A DNA stretch of 64,000 nucleotides from Fidelibacterota bacterium MT.SAG.3 (GCA_004402895.1 SORT01000003.1:1009-65008); one strand, 5' to 3'; positions 51,636 through 61,696 are shown, counted from the stretch's first letter. Notes: generated from the sequence alone by a model not told the origin. Program-made: numbers and translations.

Positions 51636-52439
51636 ATGAAATACAAATATTTATTACTGACCTTACTTTATTCAGCAGTTTTAGCTTCTCCGGATGCTTT
51701 ACTCTCACAAGGCAAGGTAGGTGATTTAGCGCCTGATTTTGAATACACTGATACTGAAGGAGATAGTTACAGGCTTTCTGATTTTAAAGGCAATGTTGTA
51801 TTTCTCGCTTTCATCGGTTATGGCTGTCCATTTTGCAGAGCCGAAGCTCCTTCTACAGAATCCGACATTTGGCAAGTCTTTAAGAGTGACTCCTTCCAGG
51901 CATTGGCGTTGGAAACCTGGAACGGTTCTTTATCACAGGCACAATCATACGTAATTTCTTCTGGTATCACGTATCCACTCCTCACTCGCGCTGGAAAGGA
52001 ATTAGATAATTACCGTATAACTTATGACAATTATCTTGTTCTTGATCATCAAGGCGTCATCAGATATTCGAGCGCTGACAACGGGATATTGGGTGAACGT
52101 TATAGGATTAGGGAGATAACAGACACTATCGAACAACTCTTGACGAGGACAGGATTAAATTCAGGCGAAATTCCGGTCGATTTCAATTTATCACAGAATT
52201 ATCCTAACCCGTTCAATGCTACTACAGTTATTAAATACACTTTGCTGACAAGAGGCTACGTTACTTTGATAGTTTATGATTTATCTGGCAGACAGGTTGA
52301 AACATTAGTAGATGAGTTGCAATCACCTACTGACTATGTTTATGAGTGGAGTCCACAGAATTTGTCGTCGGGCATTTACTTTTATAAACTTAAAATTAAC
52401 GATGTCGAGATAACGCGTAAAATGGCATTCATTAAGTGA
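51636..52439 (+). CDS. thioredoxin-fold redoxin with T9SS C-terminal sorting domain
   Basis: Start trimmed to MKYKYLLLTLLYSAVLAS (signal peptide). Redoxin motif FIGYGCPFC (CxxC). C-terminal NYPNPFNATTVIKYTL ... GIYFYKLKINDVEITRKMAFIK is a T9SS sorting domain. Confidence 0.6.
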   Translation: MKYKYLLLTLLYSAVLASPDALLSQGKVGDLAPDFEYTDTEGDSYRLSDFKGNVVFLAFIGYGCPFCRAEAPSTESDIWQVFKSDSFQALALETWNGSLSQAQSYVISSGITYPLLTRAGKELDNYRITYDNYLVLDHQGVIRYSSADNGILGERYRIREITDTIEQLLTRTGLNSGEIPVDFNLSQNYPNPFNATTVIKYTLLTRGYVTLIVYDLSGRQVETLVDELQSPTDYVYEWSPQNLSSGIYFYKLKINDVEITRKMAFIK

Positions 52440-52939
52440 TCAAAAGAGTCCTGATTTTCTTCATTGCTTTATTTATTTTTGATGGAGAGATCTTTTCACA
52501 GGAAAAAGCCCGTCGAATACAATTATCAGATATTTCAGGCAAAAGATATGATTTAGAACGCCTACTTGAAAAGGGTCCTGTTTTATTGGATTTTTGGGCG
52601 ACATGGTGCAAACCTTGTAAAGAGTATTTTCCTCACTTGGAGAAAATGCATAACACTTATAAGGACGAAGGACTCTCCATCATAGGTATAAACGAAGACG
52701 GTCCGAGAAATAAGCGGAAGATCCGCTCATTTCTTCGTTCATTGAATATTTCTTTTCCAATTCTCATAGATGAGACCGCTGAAGTAATGTCCGATTATGG
52801 TGTCTACAGCCTGCCCACTTGGTTTTTGATCGCAAAAGACGGCTCTATCATCAAAATTCATAAAGGATACATCAGGGGAGATGAGATTCTTTTAGAAAAT
52901 GAAATAAGATCACTGTTGTTTGACAGTGATGATTCTTAA
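52436..52939 (+). CDS. TlpA-family thiol-disulfide oxidoreductase
   Basis: 167 aa with a signal/anchor. WATWCKPCKEYFPHL is the TlpA/ResA WCxxC motif. Overlaps the upstream gene by 4 nt. Confidence 0.8.
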   Translation: MIKRVLIFFIALFIFDGEIFSQEKARRIQLSDISGKRYDLERLLEKGPVLLDFWATWCKPCKEYFPHLEKMHNTYKDEGLSIIGINEDGPRNKRKIRSFLRSLNISFPILIDETAEVMSDYGVYSLPTWFLIAKDGSIIKIHKGYIRGDEILLENEIRSLLFDSDDS

Positions 52940-52956
52940 AAGACAACGGCTTATAT

Positions 52957-54561
52957 TTGAATATTTTTCCAAACTTCATTGTTCTTTTTCTCCTTTTCTT
53001 CGCGCTGAACTCTCAAAATTCAGCTCAGATTTCCGTGATAAATAGCGCCGAATTTCAATTTGGCAATTCAAATGACCGTATTTCCTCTCGAACCGGATGG
53101 TATGATCAATTTAATCTGAATTACTCTGCGAATCTGTTTAGTGTCGGATTAAGGTTGGAAAACTACACTTCTTCTGAAATTGAAACCGGCTATAGCTCTA
53201 TTACTCAAAGATATATGGAGATCAGAGAAAGTAGTTTCAGAGTTAGATTAGGAAATTTTTATAATATGTTCGGCAACGGGATTTCTCATCGCTCCTTTGA
53301 TCTACCCGGTGTTATACTCGAAGACCTCGGCTCCTTTTCACGATATACACCCACACGTGATTTAAACGGCATACTGCTCGAGTACTCGCTGCTCTCTACT
53401 CAATTAACATTTCTCAGAGGCTCTCCTGTAGAAAGCACGCTGTCGCCTTCAACCACTTTTAACCTGATTTCCCAGAAGGATCGACGCAGCGGTATTATCG
53501 AAGGAGCTGAGATAGAGTATGACTACTTAGGTTTTCTTAGAGTTGGAAGTTCATATCTCCATCTCATTCCGGATGTTCCGAATAAACGTGAAGATAATGA
53601 GATATTCTCTTTTAGTCTGAATCTAAATTCTAATTTTTTCGAACGTATTCATAAAGTAGAGGACCTATATTTCGATATCGAAGGTGAAATCAGTAACAGA
53701 GACCGGAATATTATTTCTGACGGTATAAGCGTATCGTCGGAAACTCCTCATGCGATTTATATTGCATTAAGCATAGATTACAAGAAACTCAGCCTATCAT
53801 CTGAATTCAAAGATTATCTTTCGTATAATCTCGGCGTGAATGATCCTCCATCTCTTGTAAAAGAGCACTCCTATGTTCTTCTTAACCGGGATACACACGT
53901 ACTTCTTCCTCAAGATGAAAGAGGATATCAGCTCGAATTAAGCTATTTTCAGTCTCAATTTACAACCTTCACCACCAACATTAGTTTTGCAAGGAACACT
54001 ATCTTTGACTACAACACAGATTTTTCAGAACTTTTTTTGGAGGTATCACATAAGTTTTCTGACGAATTAAAAGGCGCTTTGTATCTGGTTAATTCAAAAG
54101 ACGAGTTTAACAGCATAACGGAAAAAGTTGCTTTCGGTGGTTCATGGACTCTCAGCTTGAATCGTAAAAGCAGCACAACTGTTGATATTGCATTACAGAA
54201 TGCAACACGGGATTTTGAATTTTACAAAGAAAATAATGATATATCGAGGAGTTTTGAGGTAAGTAAGTACAAGAATTTCTACATGTCTTTGTCATTCGGA
54301 AAATCAGGTCTCTTTTCCACGAGTTTCTTAACAGAACGCTCCACCGATATTTTAGATACTGATAGACGCTCTACCTTCGATATCGTTGAAACTTCCGCCC
54401 GTTGGTGGTCATCAATTAACTTGTCGTTTGAATTGGGAAATAAGCATCAGGTTCGCCTTTTCGCAGGGAAACGACGCGGCGGACCCGCTTGCACGGCTGG
54501 AACCTGTTATGAACTGCTTCCCTTTGAGGGGATAGAACTGAATATTATAAGCAGATTATAG
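52957..54561 (+). CDS. hypothetical outer-membrane beta-barrel protein
   Basis: 534 aa with a signal peptide. Alternating amphipathic beta-strand pattern and frequent aromatic termini. Third gene of the redoxin trio. No family recognised. Confidence 0.35.
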   Translation: MNIFPNFIVLFLLFFALNSQNSAQISVINSAEFQFGNSNDRISSRTGWYDQFNLNYSANLFSVGLRLENYTSSEIETGYSSITQRYMEIRESSFRVRLGNFYNMFGNGISHRSFDLPGVILEDLGSFSRYTPTRDLNGILLEYSLLSTQLTFLRGSPVESTLSPSTTFNLISQKDRRSGIIEGAEIEYDYLGFLRVGSSYLHLIPDVPNKREDNEIFSFSLNLNSNFFERIHKVEDLYFDIEGEISNRDRNIISDGISVSSETPHAIYIALSIDYKKLSLSSEFKDYLSYNLGVNDPPSLVKEHSYVLLNRDTHVLLPQDERGYQLELSYFQSQFTTFTTNISFARNTIFDYNTDFSELFLEVSHKFSDELKGALYLVNSKDEFNSITEKVAFGGSWTLSLNRKSSTTVDIALQNATRDFEFYKENNDISRSFEVSKYKNFYMSLSFGKSGLFSTSFLTERSTDILDTDRRSTFDIVETSARWWSSINLSFELGNKHQVRLFAGKRRGGPACTAGTCYELLPFEGIELNIISRL

Positions 54562-54575
54562 TAAGAAGAAGATCT

Positions 54576-55349
54576 TTATTTATTCGGGTTGATTTTTTTC
54601 CTTCTCTTACCGAAATTAGAAATATCATCCCGAATCAGAGCAGCAGATTCATAATCTTCTATTTTCACCGCTTTCATCAGTTTCCTTTGCAGTAGGTCCA
54701 ATTCCGAAGGGCTGCTATTTGAATCAAATTCCTTATTCCACTCTTTTAAAAACCTTACTTCTTTATAACCATAGACAGAATCTTTCAGTCCAAGCTCTGC
54801 ACGGGCATCATTTATAAGTTTGATACCATTTTCAACAATTATTGACGCTTTTTCTGAATGGTTCTTATTCAGAGACATACGACCTTTTGCGAGAGTGTTT
54901 ATCATCAATATGTAGGGTCTGTATTGCTCATAACTCATGAAATCAGATTTGTCCTCGGCATATTCTTTCATCATATCAAGGATTTCAAGATTATGTTCTG
55001 TATCTGATATAACACCATTATACTTTTCAAGCTCCAAGAGGCTGACATAACGGTGATAATATTGAATCGCCTCCATCCTGAGTTGATCACAATCGTCGTC
55101 GGTCAACACAAATTCGGATCCTGATACGGGATCGTTTGGAGAATCCTCAAGTTTTTCTTTAAAATAATCTAATAATGATTCTTTGTTGTGAGGAGAAGTT
55201 CCATCCGGCCTTCCCTCCATCTCTAATTGGAGAACTCCAAGGTCAAGCCGTATTTGAAGCTTCTGCTTACCATCGTCTCCGTCTACGATCCGAACGCTAA
55301 AACTATAGGGATCATACTCCCATTCATCTAATATTTGTTTTATATCCAT
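54576..55349 (-). CDS. hypothetical protein with C-terminal UvrB/UvrC (UVR) motif
   Basis: 257 aa. C-terminal LQRKLMKAVKIEDYESAALIRDDIS is a UVR-domain signature. N-terminal part unassigned. Confidence 0.45.
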   Translation of the reverse strand: MDIKQILDEWEYDPYSFSVRIVDGDDGKQKLQIRLDLGVLQLEMEGRPDGTSPHNKESLLDYFKEKLEDSPNDPVSGSEFVLTDDDCDQLRMEAIQYYHRYVSLLELEKYNGVISDTEHNLEILDMMKEYAEDKSDFMSYEQYRPYILMINTLAKGRMSLNKNHSEKASIIVENGIKLINDARAELGLKDSVYGYKEVRFLKEWNKEFDSNSSPSELDLLQRKLMKAVKIEDYESAALIRDDISNFGKRRKKINPNK

Positions 55350-55415
55350 CTGTTATTCATACGGTCATTTTGGAATTTACATATATTGTGAATATTGAAG
55401 GTTATGAAAAACCTT

Positions 55416-55625
55416 TTAATTATTGACGCAACCGCAGCCTTCGCCACAGCTGGTAAATTCTTGAGTGTTTCCGGCTTCTGCCGACGCAAAAACAGACATC
55501 ATTCGCTTTATATTTGTCGACTTACATTTTGGGCATAAAGGTTTTTGTTCTACATTTCCGAACGTTTTAAAAAATATGTCAAAATCTTCGTCACAATTTC
55601 CGCATGTATATTCATAAGTCGGCAT
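55416..55625 (-). CDS. FmdB-family zinc-ribbon protein
   Basis: 69 aa. MPTYEYTCGNCDEDF ... CPKCKS is the CxxC...CxxC signature. Cys-rich C-terminus. Confidence 0.7.
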   Translation of the reverse strand: MPTYEYTCGNCDEDFDIFFKTFGNVEQKPLCPKCKSTNIKRMMSVFASAEAGNTQEFTSCGEGCGCVNN

Positions 55626-55693
55626 TTATCTCTCTCCAATATTTTCTGTCATTTAGTAAAAATATACTCTCGCAACAATATTGTCAATATTTA

Positions 55694-56284
55694 TTACCAT
55701 TCGAGGTTCCATTTACCTCCGAATAATTGATATGATACACCTCCATAAAAGAAAATTCCTGAAACGTCTGTGGATTTACGGTACTTATACAGACCTCCGA
55801 CTCTAAACTCAAGTCTTTTGAAGGTCAATCCTGCGCCGAAATCATAAATAGTTCTCGATGGAGATTCTGGGGTTTTCTTTCTCGGAATTGATAAGAAACT
55901 CCCCCCTGCGTAAAAAAATGTCATTATCCTCGTTCTGATACCTCGCGGTCCGTCCGGTCCAAACTCGTCCGGTTCCACGATTCCAACCGGTGAATAATAT
56001 ATGTATGGCGCCAAAAGTGAAATAAAGAGTTCAGAATCTCTCATAAACATCAGCTGGGCGAATTCTACGCCCCCGCCTAACATCGTCCCTTTATGCAGCA
56101 TAATGGTTCGAAACAGATAAATATCCGCTCCGTTAGGCGCTCTGAGATCTGCTCCTATCGGATTAACGTAAGTTATTGATTTTACGTTTGTATCATACTC
56201 TTCCAAATTTCTGGGAATCAATGAGCATCCGTTGAACACCGAGAAAAAAAGTATACTCATTATTTTAATTTTACTATAAATCAT
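55694..56284 (-). CDS. hypothetical outer-membrane beta-barrel/lipoprotein
   Basis: 196 aa with signal peptide and lipobox-like FNGCSL. The C-terminus ends in aromatic residues (KWNLEW). Confidence 0.35.
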   Translation of the reverse strand: MIYSKIKIMSILFFSVFNGCSLIPRNLEEYDTNVKSITYVNPIGADLRAPNGADIYLFRTIMLHKGTMLGGGVEFAQLMFMRDSELFISLLAPYIYYSPVGIVEPDEFGPDGPRGIRTRIMTFFYAGGSFLSIPRKKTPESPSRTIYDFGAGLTFKRLEFRVGGLYKYRKSTDVSGIFFYGGVSYQLFGGKWNLEW

Positions 56285-56359
56285 ATCTTTAACGCAAATG
56301 AGGGAATGCTTAACTCAGAGCGTTAACACATTCCCTCATAATATCAAGTTTTATTTAAT

Positions 56360-58582
56360 TTAAAAAGTGAACACCGTTTCAATTGATGTTAATTTAATTG
56401 TTTCACCCTCATCTTCCACGTCTCCATCTCCGTTCCTATCGACATAAGTCTGCTGAGATCGAATTTGTAGAGTGACGCTCGGCGCAATTTCGTATCCTAT
56501 CAAATAACCGAATAAGGTGCTTGAAGTTTTCTCAAAATCGAATACACTATTTAAATTATTCGTTTGCTGATAGAAGAGTGAAGCTTTGTTTACCTTTGGA
56601 ATAAAGACGGGATTTATTGATAGATCACCATATAGACTCTCAAAGGTCAGCGTATCATCGCCTGTGCTCTTCATTCTGGAGTAAGAAGCAGAAAGAGTGA
56701 ACATATCAAGAAGATCAATTGCGGCTCCACCGAATACACCGGAAAGCGGTTCTGTTACCGGTTTAAGAAGTAGATCCTCCCTTGTTTCAATATTTACGCT
56801 ATTGCTCGAATCGTCCCAAGTCAGGTTCACTCTCTCTATGTCGTATGTTCTGTCATAGTAATTTCCTAAGAATTCTTTAGTATATTGACGAAACTCTAAT
56901 TTTAGGAACACTGGTCCGATAGTCGCCCGTACTCCGGGAAGAGCAAAACCGGAACCGAATTCCTGAATTTTGGCAAATTCTCCGTAAGCTGTTATGGCGA
57001 TCAGATCGTTACTGAATACAGGATACTCTATATCAGCTCCGTATATTGCCGAGGAATTCGAAGTATCCTTCAAACTCAGAGCATTTTTCAGATTTAACGG
57101 ACCATCAAGATCATTATTTGGAATTCTAGGATCTTGGGTATTATCCGTGTAACCGTTACCATCTCGATCCGGATCAACCATATCAGCTATACCGTCTCCA
57201 TCTGTGTCAACCGACCAGTCCGCATTATCAGGAAAATCATCTACTGCATCGGGGACATGATCACCATCACGATCCGGGAGTCCGGCGAATTGATCGCCAT
57301 CATATATTGCTGTTGCGCCGATCTTTAACTTACCAATTACATTATAGGTTCCCCGTATGCCCATCAAACCTGGATTTGAGAGTTCCCGTAAATTCGCTAC
57401 AAGTCCTTGAAGTCGGAATTTCCCGAACTCTTTATGTCCAAATACGCCAACTCGCCTGACTTGCGGATACTCTATAGTATTACTATAATTATCCATTATA
57501 AGTCCCTGTCCCATAGTAACTCCCAGTAATCCACCCGCGCGAATATAGAATGGGTCTTCAGGATTATTGTATCGTAGATAAAATATTTTGTCGATTGCGT
57601 CTAAAGGTTCGTCCCAATCTTCTTCGCGAAGATTACCGTCAGCGTCGAAATAAAAGTTTAAGTCTAAACCAATTGCAAATGGACCTATAGGGATATCCGG
57701 TCTCAGGCTTATTTGATTGTAAACCTGACCATCTAACACTGCTGCACCAACGCTTGCAGACATTCCTATGCCACCCGGAAGTTTAGAGCCTCCCCCACTC
57801 TGTGGCTCAGATTGAGATGGTGTTTGAGTCGGCGATTGCTGAGCGGGTGCTTGGTCTGTTGGAGTAGATTGATCATCCTGAGGTGAATCTCCACCCTGCT
57901 GTTGACCTCCTTGTTGCTGTTGCTGCTCTGTGTCAGGATCGGAAGGGATGGTCGCAGGGTCGGTAGGATTGATATTCATTGTTCCAGTCCAACTTGAAGT
58001 GATCGTCATACCTGCCGATAGCAGCATGGTTTGACCACTTTCGATGTTCAGTATTTCGACGGTACCTTCCAACCCTATGAATGTATCTGTACCGCTTGGA
58101 TCTACAGTAACCCAAAATTCTGTTCCCTTTACTGATGCTACACTCACCGGAGAAATAATCTCGTACTTCCCATCTATTTGCGGACTGATCTTAGTTTTAA
58201 TCGAACCTCTATTTATTCGAATTTGTCGAATCTTTTGAGACGGAGTCGTGTTACCCTGTATGGTTAACCGTGTATTTTCTTTCATTTTCAATATACTTTT
58301 GTCATCGGTGAATAATATAGCCAAGAAACTTGCTGCTTCTGTCCTTACAGAATCAAAATCACTGAACCAAGAGCCAACTTCCACCTGCTCGTCGGTTGTA
58401 TTAACCCCGGCAGGTTTTCTGAAGACCTCTCCTCTTTTTTTCAAGGCTAAGGCTGCTTGATCTACATTTTGAGCTATTCCATTCCCGGCAAGAGCTACTG
58501 ATAATAGCAATGAGAATAAAATAGAGGTGGTTCTATTTGATAGCATATTTATATCCCTCTTTGTATTAAAATATTGCGCCAA
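56360..58582 (-). CDS. FecR-domain protein with Pro/Gln-rich linker, thrombospondin type-3 Ca-binding repeats and a C-terminal beta-barrel-like region
   Basis: 740 aa with a signal peptide. N-terminal FecR-like beta-sandwich (VSVASVKGTEFWVTV). Low-complexity TEQQQQQGGQQQGGDSPQDDQSTP linker. D-x-D-x-D-G repeats (DRDGDHVPDAVDDFPDNADWSVDTDGDGIADMVDPDRDGNGYTD). Ends ...TVFTF, an outer-membrane-type terminal Phe. Confidence 0.5.
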   Translation of the reverse strand: MAQYFNTKRDINMLSNRTTSILFSLLLSVALAGNGIAQNVDQAALALKKRGEVFRKPAGVNTTDEQVEVGSWFSDFDSVRTEAASFLAILFTDDKSILKMKENTRLTIQGNTTPSQKIRQIRINRGSIKTKISPQIDGKYEIISPVSVASVKGTEFWVTVDPSGTDTFIGLEGTVEILNIESGQTMLLSAGMTITSSWTGTMNINPTDPATIPSDPDTEQQQQQGGQQQGGDSPQDDQSTPTDQAPAQQSPTQTPSQSEPQSGGGSKLPGGIGMSASVGAAVLDGQVYNQISLRPDIPIGPFAIGLDLNFYFDADGNLREEDWDEPLDAIDKIFYLRYNNPEDPFYIRAGGLLGVTMGQGLIMDNYSNTIEYPQVRRVGVFGHKEFGKFRLQGLVANLRELSNPGLMGIRGTYNVIGKLKIGATAIYDGDQFAGLPDRDGDHVPDAVDDFPDNADWSVDTDGDGIADMVDPDRDGNGYTDNTQDPRIPNNDLDGPLNLKNALSLKDTSNSSAIYGADIEYPVFSNDLIAITAYGEFAKIQEFGSGFALPGVRATIGPVFLKLEFRQYTKEFLGNYYDRTYDIERVNLTWDDSSNSVNIETREDLLLKPVTEPLSGVFGGAAIDLLDMFTLSASYSRMKSTGDDTLTFESLYGDLSINPVFIPKVNKASLFYQQTNNLNSVFDFEKTSSTLFGYLIGYEIAPSVTLQIRSQQTYVDRNGDGDVEDEGETIKLTSIETVFTF

Positions 58583-58691
58583 TAAATTAATTTTTTTAAT
58601 TGTAAAATCTCCAATAACTTAATTTATTACTATCGAAATGGCAAGCTGAGTCTAATTAAAGAATCTTCAGGTTTTTTAGATTGCTCTCAAT

Positions 58692-59597
58692 TTATTGTCT
58701 TGCGAAAGGCAAATCGGGTTCAACGTGTGTCAGTACATTTACAGGTTTTTTGAAAGCATTTTTGACAGTCGATTCTACCTCCTCTGCGATCTGATGTCCT
58801 TTCTTTACACTTAATTCAGGTTTTACCAATATATGAACATCTACAAATAATTCGCGACCTACTTTTCTTGTACGTAATTTGTGCCAACTTTTTACGTCGG
58901 GATGTTCATCCAATATCATTTTAATAGATTGCAGCACATCTTCTTCGACAGAGCCTTCCATTAGTTCTTTCCCGGCTTTTATCAGAAACTTGATTCCGAT
59001 TATCACTATCATTAGACCTACAAATAATCCTGCAATGCTGTCACCCGGTAGAAAACCCAGCATGGAAGAACTCACTCCAACTATTACAGCAATCGATGAT
59101 AGTGCATCGCTTCTGTGATGCCAAGCATTGGCATAAAGCGCCATACTATCCAATCGTTTCGCAGATTTTATTGTCTGTTGATATAGAAATTCCTTTGTGA
59201 CCACAGAAATGAATGCTACAAATAGTACAGGCAAACCGGGCGCCATGAATTTTGCGGACATGACCATCCTCCCCGATTCAACTGCGATCCCTGTTCCTAC
59301 CACAATCAATATTATTGACAGCAGTGTACCCGAAAGAGTCTCAAATTTACCATGGCCGAACGGATGGCTCAAATCAGCCGGTCTCGAACCTATAATTACG
59401 CCCCAGAGAATCAGTATATCAGTGGAAAAATCGGAAAACGTATGAAAAGCATCTGCTATTAGACTTATAGAACCAAAAAATATTCCACCGCCGAACTTTA
59501 TGATCATCAGAAAAACATTAATGATCATTCCAAGATAGGTTAATCTTTTAACCTCAATAACACTTTCTTGTAGTTGATTATTCGATTTTACCATCAT
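58692..59597 (-). CDS. cation diffusion facilitator (CzcD/FieF-like) transporter
   Basis: 301 aa. Six TM helices with HxxxD metal sites (DAFHTFSD and NAWHHRSD) and a C-terminal cytoplasmic domain. Confidence 0.85.
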   Translation of the reverse strand: MMVKSNNQLQESVIEVKRLTYLGMIINVFLMIIKFGGGIFFGSISLIADAFHTFSDFSTDILILWGVIIGSRPADLSHPFGHGKFETLSGTLLSIILIVVGTGIAVESGRMVMSAKFMAPGLPVLFVAFISVVTKEFLYQQTIKSAKRLDSMALYANAWHHRSDALSSIAVIVGVSSSMLGFLPGDSIAGLFVGLMIVIIGIKFLIKAGKELMEGSVEEDVLQSIKMILDEHPDVKSWHKLRTRKVGRELFVDVHILVKPELSVKKGHQIAEEVESTVKNAFKKPVNVLTHVEPDLPFARQ

Positions 59598-59613
59598 AAA
59601 AAATTATGCATTA

Positions 59614-60111
59614 CTACTTTAAACGTGAATTTATTTCGAGACTATCCATCATGAAAAACATTATTGTAATGCTGTCAATTGCAGTAAACGAGTCTATCCC
59701 CAACAGATCAAACTCGATATTTCTGTTGTCCGAGATCTTATCAGGATATCTCCCTCCGGGTCTGCGGTACAAGGAATATTTCGTTCCATATCTTTCAAAC
59801 CAATATCGGTCATTTCTGGGATCCAACAGTAAATTTTCCCCGCTATGATTCATCACCTTCACTTTGGCATATGTTTGTCTTCCGATTGAGGAGCTGCCTT
59901 TATCTATCGACACATAAATGCCCCTGGATCCACCCCAAAAGCGTGATCTGTGATATTCTTTTTCAAGCTTCGGCTGAGGGGAATCTTTCTCTTTCTCGTT
60001 TGTATCTAAACGAGCAAACGGTCCGCATCCTATCAGAAACAGCAACATTACAAATAGAACCGCTTTAAGATTATCTGTTGCATTTAATATATTATTATTG
60101 TTTAAATTCAT
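59614..60111 (-). CDS. hypothetical lipoprotein
   Basis: 165 aa with a signal peptide and lipobox (LIGCG). No recognisable domain. Confidence 0.35.
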   Translation of the reverse strand: MNLNNNNILNATDNLKAVLFVMLLFLIGCGPFARLDTNEKEKDSPQPKLEKEYHRSRFWGGSRGIYVSIDKGSSSIGRQTYAKVKVMNHSGENLLLDPRNDRYWFERYGTKYSLYRRPGGRYPDKISDNRNIEFDLLGIDSFTAIDSITIMFFMMDSLEINSRLK

Positions 60112-60175
60112 GTTAATCTTTCAGTCCGAAAATAATTACTGTTTAAATGTAATAGACTGATTAACCGTATAATAC

Positions 60176-60219
60176 AAAAAAACTAAGCCCCTGATTTGGA
60201 AGACCATCATCAGGGGCTT
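60176..60219 (-). terminator. rho-independent terminator downstream of the superoxide dismutase gene
   Basis: Perfect 11-bp inverted repeat AAGCCCCTGAT/ATCAGGGGCTT (60185-60219) with a 13-nt loop. On the minus strand it is followed by a U7 run (plus-strand A run 60176-60182). Confidence 0.6.
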
Positions 60220-60242
60220 AGTTCAGGTTTTATTTAAGGAAG

Positions 60243-60836
60243 TTATTTAGCGTTATTATACCTCTCCTCAATGTTGTTCCAGTTAATCACGTTAAAAAAC
60301 GCATCAGTGTAATCCGGACGCTTATTTTGATATTTGAGATAGTACGCATGCTCCCATACATCCAAAACAAGTAGCGGTACCACGTCCCATTGTGTTAGGT
60401 TTTGATGCTTTTCCGCCTGCAAGATTATAAGTTTATTATCACTCGGTCTGTAGGCAAGTATACCCCATCCTGATCCTTCAACCTGATTCGAGGCGGCTGT
60501 GAACTGCGCTTTGAACTTATCAAATCCACCAAAATCACTGTTCATAGCCTCGGCGAGAGCCCCTCCCGGTTCTCCACCACCATCAGGACCCATATTCGTC
60601 CAGAAGATCGAGTGCAAGAGATGACCTGCGCCGTGGAACGCTGATTCTCTTTCCCAATGTTTGGTTAAGGAATAATCCCCGCTCTCGCGTGATTCCGCTA
60701 ATTTTTCTTCTGCATTGTTCAATCCTACCACATATCCGTTGTGATGGATATCATGGTGCAATTTCATTGTTTGCTCATCGATATGAGGCTCTAAAGCATC
60801 ATATGCGTATGTCAATTCAGGTAATGTGTGAGCCAT
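60243..60836 (-). CDS. Fe/Mn-family superoxide dismutase
   Basis: 197 aa. HHDIHHNGYV, and C-terminal DVWEHAYY metal-ligand motifs. Confidence 0.95.
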   Translation of the reverse strand: MAHTLPELTYAYDALEPHIDEQTMKLHHDIHHNGYVVGLNNAEEKLAESRESGDYSLTKHWERESAFHGAGHLLHSIFWTNMGPDGGGEPGGALAEAMNSDFGGFDKFKAQFTAASNQVEGSGWGILAYRPSDNKLIILQAEKHQNLTQWDVVPLLVLDVWEHAYYLKYQNKRPDYTDAFFNVINWNNIEERYNNAK

Positions 60837-60882
60837 TTTGAACCCTTTCTACTGTTTATTTGATTTCTGTTTCTATTCCTAA

Positions 60883-61584
60883 TTACCCATTATCTGTTTC
60901 GGATAAAAATAATTTACTGTAGACAATAGCCGCAAGACCGCCGCCGATCAACGGGGCAACCCAATAAACCCACTGTAAAGTCCATTCTCCCGTCATTAAT
61001 GCCGGTCCGAAACTCCTTGCAGGATTCATTGACGCTCCGGTTATCGTACCTCCCATCAAAGCGCATACGGTTACCGTCAAACCTATCATGAAATTCGCAA
61101 TACTTTTAAAAGGGGATTTACTGTCAACCGCCACCGAAAATATTACAAATACCAATAAAAATGTGAGCAATATCTCGATTCCCATCAAGGAGGCTAATCC
61201 CACTCCTTCTGCCGGAAGAGTTACACCCATATTTCCAGCCGTGAGATTATGATTCGGATTTAACAGACTTAAAAGAAACGAAGCGGCAGTCGCGCCGAGT
61301 AGCTGAGCAGCCAAATAAAGACCGGCTTCTTTCGGTTTTATATTACCTGTGATCAACATGCCGAAAGTGACGGCAGGATTGATATGCCCACCCGAAATCC
61401 GGGCAGTGACGCCCACCATTAAGGCTATTGTAAGACCGAAGGCAAGCGCGACTCCTATCAATCCAACAGCTCCTCCACTGAATACATCTGCAGCTATCGC
61501 TCCCGTACCCATAAAGACAAGGAAGAATGTGCCGATGAATTCCGCCGAAAATTTCTGGCCGTTTGTGACCATACCTACCTCCAT
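60883..61584 (-). CDS. aquaporin/MIP-family channel
   Basis: 233 aa. Two NPA boxes (GGHINPAVTFG and GASMNPARSFGPA). Confidence 0.9.
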   Translation of the reverse strand: MEVGMVTNGQKFSAEFIGTFFLVFMGTGAIAADVFSGGAVGLIGVALAFGLTIALMVGVTARISGGHINPAVTFGMLITGNIKPKEAGLYLAAQLLGATAASFLLSLLNPNHNLTAGNMGVTLPAEGVGLASLMGIEILLTFLLVFVIFSVAVDSKSPFKSIANFMIGLTVTVCALMGGTITGASMNPARSFGPALMTGEWTLQWVYWVAPLIGGGLAAIVYSKLFLSETDNG

Positions 61585-61696
61585 TCCTGTAATGAAAATT
61601 TTATTAACACCGAAATAATAATAGCCTAACTTCTTAATAATTGCTGATTAAATCAAGGACATTTTTTCGTTCATATTGGTCTTGATACCGGAGTAT

